DNA of 64,000 nt from the human T2T-CHM13v2.0 reference genome, Homo sapiens. The stretch's first letter is position 1. Every line of letters begins with the position of its first letter. Where the stretch lies: the NCBI RefSeq assembly GCF_009914755.1, contig NC_060947.1. One strand, 5' to 3'. The translations under genes were made by a program, and so were the position numbers. The notes beneath the pieces were generated by a model, which saw only the letters and a program-made list of their open reading frames with translations, was not told where the DNA came from and made no database searches. Below are positions 1 through 17,215 of the stretch, piece by piece.

Positions 1-371
1 CTGGGCCTGCCCCCAGTACGCAGACGCACACGGCAGGTTGCAGCGGCAAGCGGGGCGGTGCCCACGGCGGGGAGATGGGTGGGGAGGGCAGGGAAAAGGC
101 CAGGGGTTGGGTGATGGGGTAATTGTCAGAAAAAGGAACAACACTGCTGGGAGAGTTTTCTGGTAACTTTTCAAGTCTTCATTTAAATTAAAAAAAAAAA
201 AGCTGTCTTTGAAACAATAGATTAGGTCACTAAAAACTGCCTGTACGCCCTTGCATGCTGGAGGAAAGTAAATGGTTAGACCTACCCTCCCTAAGTTTTT
301 CCAGGACTTAAAAGAGCTGCAAGTAGTGCAGATCATGGCCCCGTTCACACAAATCACTTCAAGAAAAAAAA

Positions 372-705
372 TTAGTAAATGTCTATTAGATCTTGAAACT
401 TATTCCTGTCTATCTGGAACTTGGTAACCTCTGACCAACAACTAACTCCCCATTCCTTCCCTCTCGCCTCGTCTTCCCTACTTCCCAACCTCTGGTAAGC
501 AGCAGGGTAAATACAGTCAATAATAATGTATATTTCAAAATGAATAAGAGTAAATTTGAAATGTCTCACCATAAAAGTCATAGGTAAACAAGGCGATGGA
601 TAAGTTAATGTGATGTAATCATCCCACATTGGATACATATTTCAAAAAATCACATTGCATCCCACGAATGTATACAATTATGATTTGTCAAGTAAATATA
701 ATTTT
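372..705. mobile_element. L1M (L1MA-like) 3'-end fragment with 5' inversion
   Basis: ~499-705 resembles an L1MA 3' UTR on +; ~372-498 is the adjacent upstream consensus segment on -. Confidence 0.7.
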
Positions 706-849
706 TAAAAACGTTAAGTGACTTTTTAAAAAGCTTATTAGAAGTATAAAATGCAAGCCATTCACAAGCATATAGGTTAGATTCCGCTTGTGAGGGGCTT
801 GTGTGCAGTGGTGAGGCTTTGTGGAAGAGATGGACGTGGAAAGATGTCT

Positions 850-1520
850 AAAACAGCGCGGAGGTCAGGAGGCCTTGTCGCTGCCTTCACAGAGTTGGGC
901 AACGCTCCCGGTCCTGGTCAGCCGCGGGACGCAGGCGCAAATGCAGGCTTGGGATGGGGGAGGTGCGGCCGGCGCCCACGTGGCGGGGCGGGGAGCAGAT
1001 AGGGGGGGTAGGGGGAGGAGCTGGTCTCGCGAGGCCGCGCCCCGGTTCGCGCGGGCGTCGTGCACGCGGTTGTAGCTGCCCGGCGGCGGCAGAAGCGGCG
1101 CTCGCGCCAAGGGACGTGTTTCTGCGCTCGCGTGGTCATGGAGGCGCTGCCGCTGCTAGCCGCGACAACTCCGGACCACGGCCGCCACCGAAGGCTGCTT
1201 CTGCTGCCGCTACTGCTGTTCCTGCTGCCGGCTGGAGCTGTGCAGGGCTGGGAGACAGAGGAGAGGCCCCGGACTCGCGAAGAGGAGTGCCACTTCTACG
1301 CGGGTGGACAAGTGTACCCGGGAGAGGCATCCCGGGTATCGGTCGCCGACCACTCCCTGCACCTAAGCAAAGCGAAGAGTAGGTGGTGTCCCGCCAAAGG
1401 GTGGGAGGGGAGACTCCGGAGACACGTGTACCCCGGTTACACCCCCGGAATCTGGGCTTGGGCGGCACCCCCTGGGCTGCCTCCGGGCCCTGGGCGGGCC
1501 TGGTTCTCACCTAGGAGGGC
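850..1520. promoter_or_regulatory. PRDX4: CpG island / TATA-less promoter of PRDX4
   Basis: Very high GC and CpG density around exon 1. Palindromic E-box CCACGTGG at 976-983 is followed by GC box GGGGCGGGG at 985-993 and G-runs to ~1017. Confidence 0.9.
1138..1378 (+). CDS. PRDX4: Peroxiredoxin-4 coding exon 1 (signal peptide and N-terminal extension)
   Basis: ATG in GTCATGG context; MEALPLLAATTPDHGRHRRLLLLPLLLFLLPAGAVQGWETEERPRTREEECHFYAGGQVYPGEASRVSVADHSLHLSKAK; hydrophobic signal peptide; donor A|gtaggt at 1379. Confidence 0.98.
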
Positions 1521-2467
1521 GGGGAGGGGAATAAAGGGGAGTTCTAGCTGTGAAGAAAGGTATGGTTTCCACTGATCAGATTTTAGAAGAGGTAGTGGTT
1601 ACCCCAAAAGCCGCAGCTGAGGGAAAGTGGGTGGCCTTAGTCCCGAGTTTGCATCGAGGATGTTGGGCAAACTGAAACAGTTCCTGAAACATCTCAAAGT
1701 GCCTTCAGCACATCCTGTCTTTTTCAGGTACTATTTCAGCGAAGGAAGACATTGATAGGTTGAATAATGATTCACAAAAAGTTTGATTAAACAGAAAAGT
1801 TGCTAAACACAGTGCTCGGGAGGTCAAACATTTCATTTTTCTTTCTTCCTTTTTGTTTGCATCTTACAAAGATTATTACTGAAAGCCACCTTCCCCAAAG
1901 CCTGTGTAGTTAATGGATATTCCTTATGTTTCTCAGACATGAAGAACCTATTACAGAGTGTACTTTTGAGGGAAATGGGGGAAAAGGTTAGAAGTATGCA
2001 TTTGGGTTGATGATAAACCTCGTGGCAAATTTGTGTCCTGCCAATTTGGTTTTTGATTATTTGCATTTCTGTCCAGTGTACAAAGCTAATGGCCACTTTC
2101 AGGAATGACACGTCAGACGAAGTAGATACTGTGAAAGTTGTAGCCTGCTACATCTGGATGTTAAAATTAACCAAAAGTGAACAGTGGCTATAGATAAAGG
2201 CTGTCTCTTGCTTGCTATTCAGTAACCTGCTTTTCCTGCAGATCATTTGACATTCTGTAGGTGTGTAGTTGGTTTTTATGGTTCAGTTACAGCATGTTCC
2301 ATGCCAGTATTCAGTGAAAAAAGTAATGCTTCAAATTCTGAATCCCTAGAGTTAAATGGAATGTTGTTATGACTTAGGATGGGTTGGGAGTGATAAATGA
2401 GAAAAACTGTTTTGTCCTCTTAAACATTTACAGTTCTTACTTGCTGAAAGTAAGTACTTTCAGTTAA

Positions 2468-2785
<318 letters not shown>

Positions 2786-3102
2786 TACTTTGAGATTTTT
2801 AACAAAACCAGTCTTAAATTTTAAAATCAGTATTTCCAAGTCCCACTGGTTTTACTTGCCTGGGAAAGTATTTTAAATATGTCAGCCAGTTAAGTGTTTA
2901 CTTACATTACATATATTTTCCATAGGAAACAAATCTACTTCAAAGCTTTCCCTTTACCAGCAAAACTTAACATTTTAGTTGTTTACTACATTTCTCTGTC
3001 ACATGTAGGCTTATCTATAATTAAAGATACAAAGACTTTTGTTAGTAAAGACTATTATGGAGCCATTAAGGCCATATTTTCAAATAATTTTTAGTAATAT
3101 CA

Positions 3103-3495
<393 letters not shown>

Positions 3496-5089
3496 ATAAC
3501 TAAAATTAAAAAAAATAAGACTAGAAAGACAGACATCAGAATGTTAACAGTAGTTGATGGGAGTTATGGAGAGAGAGGATTTAAGTATTCTTTGTACTTC
3601 TCTGCATTTACCAGAATCTTTATGTTAATTACATAATTTATATTCAAGACAATTTTTGTTTTTTTAATAAATGCAAGGGATTGCTTTGGGAATTCCATTT
3701 ATAGATCTTAGCAAAGTAACTACCATTCTTAACCAAATATTTCCAAAATCAATTTTCAGAACAAAATTTATTTTTCAAATATGGTTTTCCCAGTATGCTA
3801 AAATCATTAAGGCGTGTCATTGTAATAGATCATTACAATTATTATAACCTCTCACTTGAGTAGCATTTTAAGTAATTTATTTAAAGTATATATAATTGAA
3901 TACTCTTCTGCTGTCTATTTCTCCCTCCTGGCCTTTACCTAATCAGATCAGGATTATATATATGAGGTAGGATGCTGGCTCAAGATAAGTAATCATATGT
4001 TATATATTAATTTTTAAGAGAAATTCATGTTGTTTGTCTCTATTTTGGAGTGACCATAAATGGTGGCTGTTACAGAGAAGTATAAGCCTTACTTTCTAGG
4101 ACCCTTAGCCAAACTTAGAAGCAAGCATTGACTTCAGTGTTTGTAAGGGGTCTGAAAGTATAAGTGCTATCTGAATGTGTTAACAGAGCATGAAGGTGCA
4201 TTAGTATCTAAGTGTGTTGGCTAAAATTACTGTACGCCCTTACAAGAGAGCAGCATGAACTGTTCAGTTTCCATTGGGTCACTTGAAACCTGTTCAAGGG
4301 AGTCTTCTTTCAAAGCCCTCTAGGAAAATGATCCCATGGTCTGGGATTTTACACTTCTGGCCTGACATATTTGTACATTCCCTCCTCATTTTGTGTAGCC
4401 TCATCTGCAGCAGGTCCTCCATGTGTATGTCAGAAGCTGGACAAACTAGTACATCTGGAAGACTGCCATTAGAGAAAGGAAAATCTAATTATTTGAAATG
4501 TAGGAAGTTGACAACTTGAAGCGGGACTATAGTGAAGTATCCAGGAGGGTTTAGTGCAGGGTAGAATTTAAGGGGTCTGTGAGCATGAATAGGGGAAAAA
4601 AGTATTTATTTTCACTAATCCCCATCTGAAATTTAGTGTTTCCTTCTATTATGAATGTCAGCAACAAACTACACTATCTTCAGCAGCACTTGCTTGTACC
4701 TTTCACCAATAGAATCACTTATTTTCTTGCTACATATGGTTATCGCAGGTATCCTGAAACACCATTTTCACTCATCATTATCTTACGTAGTTGTCAGATT
4801 ACGACTAGATCTTGCAGTTTTGAAGTGTTACAGAGCACATGTATTATGATATCACCAATTTTTTTAAATATTTTTATAATTGCATTTAAATACAATTGGT
4901 TTCTTTTGTAATTCTATGTATTTTCCTTTTTGCATTCAATAACACTCTTTTAAGAAGTCTGTAAGCTTCACCAGACTGCCAAAGAGATCTAAAGGTAGCC
5001 CTGATTTTTAGTGATTTTCTAAAGATGTCCTTCTACCATTCCACCAACTTTCTCAGTGTTACAGAACATCATGTATTTTTCTTTCTTAG

Positions 5090-5207
5090 TTTCCAAGCCA
5101 GCGCCCTACTGGGAAGGAACAGCTGTGATCGATGGAGAATTTAAGGAGCTGAAGTTAACTGATTATCGTGGGAAATACTTGGTTTTCTTCTTCTACCCAC
5201 TTGATTT
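5090..5207 (+). CDS. PRDX4: PRDX4 coding exon 2
   Basis: tttcttag| ... |gtaagt; encodes (I)[38 protein letters not shown](F); 118 nt, phases consistent with neighbours. Confidence 0.98.
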
Positions 5208-5560
5208 GTAAGTAATACATGTAAATAGCTAGTAAAATCTCAGTCTTTATCAATTATTTTTCAGGAGTATCAAACAAATTATTTTGTTCAGCTCTTGGTT
5301 TTTAAAAAGGCAAGCTGAAGTAAAGAAATGTATTTAAAAAGGTAACATCTACCATATATTTCAGAGTCATAACACACCGACCTCAATACTTATGTCTACA
5401 TGATTATGTTATAATGGAATAATTAGAGGAAAGCTACAATATATTCATTAAGCTATACCTACTAAGGCAAGAAAATGGACTGATAATATATTAGAAAGCA
5501 TTTAATAGCAAGACCTATGCCATAATTCTTTTTACTGTATCTCTCTTGATTAGAAAATTA

Positions 5561-5853
<293 letters not shown>

Positions 5854-6850
5854 CTAGTGATACCATGTAACTGTGGTTTTTCCATTTTTATTCTTTGCTG
5901 CATCTGTTGCTTTTCTGGGATTTGAACATTTTGCTGAAAATATTATATACTGCTTAAGGAATAAGGAATAACACCTGTGTATATGTTATGGTTATTGTGG
6001 GGTTTCTCGTCTTTTTTTAACTCTGTGACAGTGAGCGTTTTTGTATATGGTCAGAAAGTTGACTAAAAGTAAATACCCTTACAGCTTTATTCACGTTGAG
6101 GATTTAATTTTATTTTACAAAACACTATTTTGAGTGTTTTTCAAAATTCATGAAAGTGAGAAGAGACCAAAAAGAGTTATGTCAATTTTTATCTTTTATT
6201 CTCTTGGAACTTACTTTTTGGTTACAACAAATAACTAGAAGTTTCCTCCTCTATCTTTGCCACTGTGCCTTTTTCCATTAGGACTAATCTGGAACTACAT
6301 AGATCAAATTTAAACTTGCAGGGAGGGTATACTTAAGCTCATTGCTATAGGTTGTTTCTAGGCCAGGGATTAACAAATTTTTTCTGCTGGATTTGGCCTA
6401 TTGACCTATTTGCCAACCCCCGCTCTAAGCCACAAAGGAAGAATTCTCATGAAAATTATTACATTGAGACTAAAGTTATGAGTCTGCATAATATATAATC
6501 TTTTAAATTATAAGAACTTGCTTCTTTCTAATCAACTCATATTGTGACTTGATTTTTTTAAGTATAGCTTAATTTCTAATAGAAACCAGAAGTAGAAATT
6601 TCAGTAGACATAAAAAATGACAGGCCTTCTAAATTCATGTTGTTATAAAACCAGAAGGTTAACATGTATGTTAAATATATACGACTAACACCCTGAATTT
6701 GGAAATTAGTCTAATGTAGCAGAAAAATATGTTCTGTGTTTCTCCATTGTTATTCATAACTCCATAATGGGTAAGAGATAGTTAATTGGAGCATGTTGTT
6801 AGCAATGGTCTTCTGGGACAAGGAGCTAAGATAGCCTCTTCCTGTTTTCA

Positions 6851-7374
<524 letters not shown>

Positions 7375-8553
7375 TTAAAAATACATTTTATAGCCCAGGT
7401 TTCCAGGGACATCATCCGAGATTAGAACTGTCTACTTGGACATGACAGTGCTGTACCTGAATACTTGAAACATGTTAAAATCCTGTATTGGTATCTGGTA
7501 GGAACTTGTGCCCTAACTAAGTCTATGTTTTTCAAACTTTCTTGACCATGTCTCACAGTAGGAAATACATTTTTCGTTGTCAGCCAGTACACAGGCACAT
7601 ATATATACGGTAACATTCCATCTGGATGCACCAGCACAGCCATGCTCCTTAAAATACTGAAAAACCCTCATATCATGTGGTAAATAGCCACTTCCCTTTC
7701 CTCACCAACTAGTTAGTCCTCCTGCCTGATCCCTTTCAGAAACCTCCAGAACTAAAGCCAGCTTTGAGTTAAGATTGTTAAATATTTTGAATATCATCAC
7801 TGTTGAAGACAAACATATATATTTGTACATATAAATATGTGTTTCATAATTTACCCTTACTATGTATGATAGAGTCTCCTGTTTTCTATTCGATTTCACT
7901 TTTTAAAAATATTTTTTAGAACTCAGTTAATTTAAGGAGTCCCTACCACGGTTTGAAAAAATGCCACCCTAGTAATATTCTGTAAACATGGCCTGACAAC
8001 ATGAGGGTATTAAGGTATAAAATCCCTGGCTGCACAGGACTGGTAGACAAGGTGGAAGAGGACCTTATCAAGAAAGGAGGGGTGGGGGTACTGGAAAACA
8101 TTGCCTCCTCTCCAAAATACACATAGATGCATCTAATTCATAGGGTTGGTATAGGAATATTAAAAAAAAATAGTGAAATGACATAAAATTTGTATAGATC
8201 CTTTGAAAGCTATAAAATACTATATAAATAAAAGGTATTATTAAATAAAAGTAATAAAATGAGGGGTGGCTATTGCTATAAGGGAGAAGGGAACATTGGT
8301 TGACTACTGATCTATTAAGTTGTAATAAGAAAGTTTATTGAGATGTAGTTGGGAACTCTGTAATATGTTTCTGTCTTAAATATTTGATTAAATGACAGTC
8401 TTTTAGACTACTCCATTTTGAAAAGGTTCAAATATAAAATTGTTCTTAATGTGCATTTTTATTATTAAAGGTATTTGTAAAAATTGTCATTTGAAAGTTT
8501 AGGTATATGCTTATTTGGAGAATACTGAATATTTTTTTTTTTTTACCTTTCAG

Positions 8554-8670
8554 CACATTTGTGTGTCCAACTGAAATTATCGCTTTTGGCGACAGACTTG
8601 AAGAATTCAGATCTATAAATACTGAAGTGGTAGCATGCTCTGTTGATTCACAGTTTACCCATTTGGCCTG
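8554..8670 (+). CDS. PRDX4: PRDX4 coding exon 3 (peroxidatic Cys, FTFVCPTE motif)
   Basis: Polypyrimidine tract + cag| ... |gtcagt; [38 protein letters not shown](W); typical 2-Cys peroxiredoxin active site. Confidence 0.98.
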
Positions 8671-9409
8671 GTCAGTATCTTACACTTATATTCGTAGAAA
8701 AAAAAGAATGGATTTACTCTTAAAGCATGGACAGATAACTCTTGATATGATATAAGAATATAGTCATTTATCAGACAATTCAGGAATAGCTTTATCTAAG
8801 AGTAATACATGTAACTACACATTTTCCAGGTTAAAAAAAGAGAGAAGAGTAATATAATCAGCTGCTATAATAAAAATGCTTAAGGATTTTATAGGACATT
8901 TCAAAATAAGGGGAAAAGTTAAATGCAATAGATGTGATTTCTATAGCGAAAACCACTGAATTATATGCTTATGATAAATTGGGTTACCATAATCTGGAGG
9001 AAAAAAATCTTTAAAATATGCCATTTCTCTGTTACACAGTTATATAGTCAAACTCAGCTTTTACAATTTTGAAGAAACAATACTTTTTAAAAATGAATTT
9101 TAAAAAATGTTTAAAAATTCATTAATCATAAAAAGATGTTTTACCTAAATTTGTTATAAAGAATTGCAAATTAAAATGACGAGATGCCAATTTTCCCTGT
9201 CTGGTTGGCCAAGATTTAAAAGATTGAAAAAATGTATCCACTGTGGACAAAAATTGAAGAAACGGCACTCACACACAGCTGTTTAGCATTTCTGGAGAGC
9301 AGTTGGGCAACATGTCTCAAAATTGGAAATTTACATGTTAATATGAGTTTTTATAGTGTCCACAGTCTTGTGCAGAAAACTTTGTGCACAATAAAGACCA
9401 TTCAGAATT

Positions 9410-10595
<1,186 letters not shown>

Positions 10596-10878
10596 TGCTT
10601 CATCACTTCTGTAGTAATTATAAATCTTCCGAGGATTAAAATGCATATCCACTAAGGAAAAAGTTACGGCATCCCAAATAATTTGGGATTGCTTTCCCAA
10701 GGAAATTTGGGGATACATTCTCAGCCTGATAGGGTTCACATCAACCAGAAATTTCTACTTGGGTGTCAGAACTGGGGCTCCAGATATCTAGAGCAATGTC
10801 GTTTTGTTTTCTATCTGCTGTGTCAGTACCCTCCTGTTAGAGCATCAGCCCATGTCTCCTGGTTTCAAGTTACAGAAT

Positions 10879-11093
10879 ACAGATTGAGCGTCCCTAACCT
10901 GAAATCCACAGTGTTCCAAAATTCAAAATTTGAGTGCTGACATGATGCTCAAAGGAAATGCTTAGTGAAGCATTTCAGAGTTCAGATTAGGGATGTTCAA
11001 CCAGTAAGTATGCAGATATACCAAAATCGGAAAAAATCCTAAATCCAAAACACTTCTGGTCCCAAGCACTTCCGATAAGGGATACTCAACCTG
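10879..11093 (+). mobile_element. Tigger4/MER46-like MITE
   Basis: TA-flanked; TIRs CAGATTGAG ... CTCAACCTG; internal AAAACACTTCTGGTCCCAAGCA. Confidence 0.75.
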
Positions 11094-11404
11094 TAGTGAA
11101 GACTGAGGCATCTGATATTATAACTCACTTCCTTCACTGCTTCAAGTGGACTTTGCATTTGTCTCTCAGAATATTAAAATGTCATCCATTTGTATCCTGC
11201 CTGTCTGTTCAAGGCTTTATCTTATGATCACACTACTAAGGTTATGCTTTTGATACTACGTATCTTTTGATCTATCAGTTTCACTTTCAGAAATCAATTA
11301 GACAAGTGTATAAAAGTAAGAATACAAGGATGTTTTCAGCAGTGTTTATAAAGCAAAAAAAAAAGGTAAATGGTTTAAATCTTCATCATGGAATTAAGTA
11401 AAAT

Positions 11405-11866
<462 letters not shown>

Positions 11867-11879
11867 TATCCATACATTA

Positions 11880-13555
<1,676 letters not shown>

Positions 13556-13619
13556 TTACTTTGTTCTATTAGTCTTTAAACTACTAAACTTAAACCGTTA
13601 GTTTATATTACCCTGATTA

Positions 13620-13795
13620 AACTATGTTAGCATCATAGACTTTTAGAGCTGGAAGATTATTTAGAGGTCTTTCACCCACCCTGTCATCTTACAGATAAAA
13701 GAGACAGATTCATAGAGTTCCGTGATCTTAGCCAAAGTTATATAATAATTTAATTGCAGAGCCCAGACTTAAATCCAGGTCCCCCAACTCCTTGT
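13620..13795 (-). mobile_element. MIR fragment
   Basis: CATCTTACAGATAAAAGAGACAGA ... GCAGAGCCCAGACTTAAATCCAGGTC resembles the MIR core. Confidence 0.6.
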
Positions 13796-14089
13796 CCATT
13801 TCTTTTTCCTTTTTTGCAACCTGACTCCAGTAATGTTTTTTTCTAAATACAAGTGTCATACTACTTAGCAAACCTGTGTCTTTGGAGTAGGAAAAATTAA
13901 GGAAATATTTTACCCAGACGCTCTCACTGGGTTACTTGAGCTAACAAACATTAATAGAATTCTTTGAAAAGGGGGCAATTTTAGTGTGGAACAGTTGTAA
14001 TTTGGTTGTATTGATTTGCTTTGTAGTGCCAATAGTTTTTCTTGAATGTTTTATGTGAAAGTGTCAGTATTTTATAATCCTGTGTTTTT

Positions 14090-15080
14090 TTATAACAACT
14101 TTATTGGAATATAGTTCACATATAATACAATACCCATTTAAAGAATACAATTCAGCTGGGCATGGTAGTTCATGCCTGTAATCCCAGCTCTTTGGGAGAC
14201 CTAGGTGGGAGGATCCCTTGAGCCCAGGAGTTTGAGACTAGTCTGGGCAACATAACAAGACCCTTGTCTTCTACAAAAAAAAATAAATAAATTTTTTTTG
14301 TTAAATTAGGCCATTGTGGTGGCACATTCCTGTAGTCCCAGCCTACTCAAGAGGCTGAGATAAGAGGATCGCTAGAGCCTGGAAGTTCAAGGTTGCAATG
14401 ATCTATGATCACACCACTGCACTCTCGCCTGGGTAACAAGAGTGAGACCCTGTCTCTAAAAAAATAATTAAAATTAAAAATAAAGAATACATAGCCGGGC
14501 GCAGTGGCTCACGCCTGTAATCCCAGCACTTTGGGAGGCCAAGGCAGGCGGATCACGAGGTCAGGAGATCGAGACCATCCTGGCTAACACGGTGAAACCC
14601 CATCTCTACTAAAAAAAATAGAAAAAATTAGCCGGGCGTGGTGGCTGGTGCCTGTAGTCCCAGCTACTCGGGAAGCTGAGGCAGGAGAATGGCGTGAACC
14701 CTGGGGGGCGGAGTCTGCAGTGAGCCGAGATCGCGCCACTGCACTTCAGCCTGGGCGACAGCGAGACTCCGTCTCAAAAAAAATAAATAAATAAAGAATA
14801 CATTTCAGTGGTTTTTGTGTATTCACAGAGTTGTGCAACCATCACCACAATTTTAGAATGTTTTCATGCTCCAAAAAACCCCATACCCATTAGCAGTCAC
14901 TCCATGTTTCCCCTAACCCACTTCCCCTGGCTTTAGGCAACCACAAATCTACTTTATGTCTCTATAGTTGCCTATTCTGGACATTTCATATAAATGGAAT
15001 CCTACAATATGTGCTTTTATGACTAGCCTCTTTCACGCAGCATAATGTTCTCAAGGTTCATTGTATTGTATCATGTATTG
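14090..15080 (-). mobile_element. L1MB-like 3' end interrupted by two + Alus (14155-14480, 14494-14795)
   Basis: CTTTATTGGAATATAGTTCACATA ... TTCTGGACATTTCATATAAATGGAATC is typical antisense L1MB sequence. Confidence 0.75.
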
Positions 15081-15500
15081 CTACCAGTAGTTTCCCCTCT
15101 TTTGTACTTGCTAAGTATTTAATGTTTTCTGCTTTCATAAAATCTGTTACTAAGTTAATTTCCAAGAATAAATATGCCCCAAAAACGACTGAGGCAGTTT
15201 TAAAATGTGGAATCATTTGAACATTAACCAAGTAAAATTATCTAACGTTAGCTATATTAATTGACCTGAGCCAGTAGTTTCTTTTTAAAATTTTTTTGTT
15301 AAGGCCGGGCATGGTGGCTCACGCCTGTAATCCCAGCACTTTGGGAGGCCGAGGCAGGTAGATTGCTCAAGTCCAGCAGTTTGAGACTAGCCTGGGCAAC
15401 ATGGCGAAACCCTGTTTGTACAAAAAATACAAAAATTAGCTGGGCGTGGTGGCACACACCTGTAGTCCCAGCTACTCAGTAGGCTGTGGCGAGAGGATCA

Positions 15501-15653
<153 letters not shown>

Positions 15654-15778
15654 TCAGATTATCTTCAACAACTGTAAATACTCTGGTACATTTCTTAGCC
15701 AAAAACAAATTTTTAAAGCTGCAGTTTTACAGTGATAATTCCAAATTATACATTAGATTGAGGGAGGGATGTCCACAG

Positions 15779-15806
15779 GTGTGTGTACGTGTGTGTGTGT
15801 GTGTGT
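15779..15806. repeat. (TG)n microsatellite
   Basis: gtgtgtgtacgtgtgtgtgtgtgtgtgt. Confidence 0.9.
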
Positions 15807-15935
15807 ATACCATTGGAGTAGGTAGGTAGTGTGGTGTTTGTTCTGTATAGCATCCTTTTGTGTGGATGGTATAGGAATTCACAATACATAAATGAAAAGA
15901 AATGACCTCATCTCTACCATTCTTCTGTTTTACAG

Positions 15936-16066
15936 AGGTCTCTTCATTATTGATGACAAAGGAATCCTAAGACAAATTACTCTGAATGATCTTCCTGTGG
16001 GTAGATCAGTGGATGAGACACTACGTTTGGTTCAAGCATTCCAGTACACTGACAAACACGGAGAAG
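15936..16066 (+). CDS. PRDX4: PRDX4 coding exon 5
   Basis: ttttacag| ... |gtacct; [43 protein letters not shown]; 131 nt. Confidence 0.98.
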
Positions 16067-16364
16067 GTACCTCTCCCTTCTAACCTTTTGATTTTTTAGT
16101 TTGAAAGATAGCATAATTAGTTAGGTTTCTTATCGTAAAAGTAATCGATATTTCCAAAGTTTTCTGATTATTTACAAATTATTAGCAGATCCTTTTAACA
16201 GACCAAATTATAATTTACAGTGCTTTAACAAAATATCAGGCCAGGCATGGTGGCTCATGCCTGAAATCCCAGCATTTTGGGAGGCCAAGGTAGGAGGATT
16301 GCTTGAGCTCAGGAATTCAAGACCAGCCTGGGCAACACAGTGAAACCTCACCTCTACTAAAAAT

Positions 16365-16365
<1 letters not shown>

Positions 16366-16422
<57 letters not shown>
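16366..16422. repeat. Compound A(n)-(TA)n microsatellite in an Alu tail
   Basis: About 30 A followed by about 13 TA units. Confidence 0.92.
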
Positions 16423-16428
<6 letters not shown>

Positions 16429-17215
16429 ATATATTCTGCTTACTAAATGAGATGCAAAAATATTCACTATTTGCATAGTCCTTTTTGATAAACTCAAAGA
16501 CAAAAGTTTCTGCTACTGCAATTTTTAAAATTATGTTTCTGCAAGCTTAGAATGTGTCAATCTGGCAACATTTAGTGATGTAGTTTTCATTTGCCTCTTT
16601 GCATTATTGAATTTAGCCTTTTAAATAATCCTTGATCACTTCTCTGCCTTTCAGCTAAGATGAAGTATAGTAATGTAATCTCTGGGCTTATTCAGTATCA
16701 CATTTGTAATCTACAAGTTCATCATTTTGCTAAAATAGAACACATTATATATTCCTTTTAAAAATGTCACTGAGTCAGGATGCATTCTAATGTCTCTTTT
16801 GACAAACAGTGAATCATGTCATCAGTACAAAGTACTGCAGTATACATGGCAAACAAGCGTACTGGAAGTTTATGTAAATTTGGAGGAATTTTTGCCATGC
16901 CCAGGCCTTTCAGCTCACCAGATTCCCAAACTTTCCAACTGTATTAGAGGGGCAATCAATTTGATTTCTTATATTTTAAATGTAACTAAACATAATTGGT
17001 AAAAATGAAAATAGATTAGCTGCCTGCTTATGAGCTCCATGACTAAAATTCCTTGGTGTCAACAGGCAGCTAATAGAAGTCATGTGCTCAGTGGTCTGGA
17101 AATGTTCTTATTAGTATATTCTATTCAGTTTCATATAGAAACAGAAAAAGTCAGTTGCTGAAGGTAACTGAATTCTGTTTTTAAAATGTCTTCTGCCTCT
17201 TTTTGTTTCTTTTAG

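Noticed and set aside
790-1510. Overlapping GC-rich ORFs on both strands in the CpG island
   Set aside because: Stop-codon scarcity in high-GC DNA; the translations are low-complexity Arg/Gly/Pro/Ala.
1060-1575. 171-aa ORF spanning PRDX4 exon 1
   Set aside because: It starts at an upstream GTG and reads through the exon 1 donor. The real CDS portion is 1138-1378; nothing in the sequence supports the N-terminal extension or intron retention.
16067-16083. Exon 5 read-through giving ...GEGTSPF*
   Set aside because: Short read-through is expected by chance and no convincing nearby poly(A) signal was seen.
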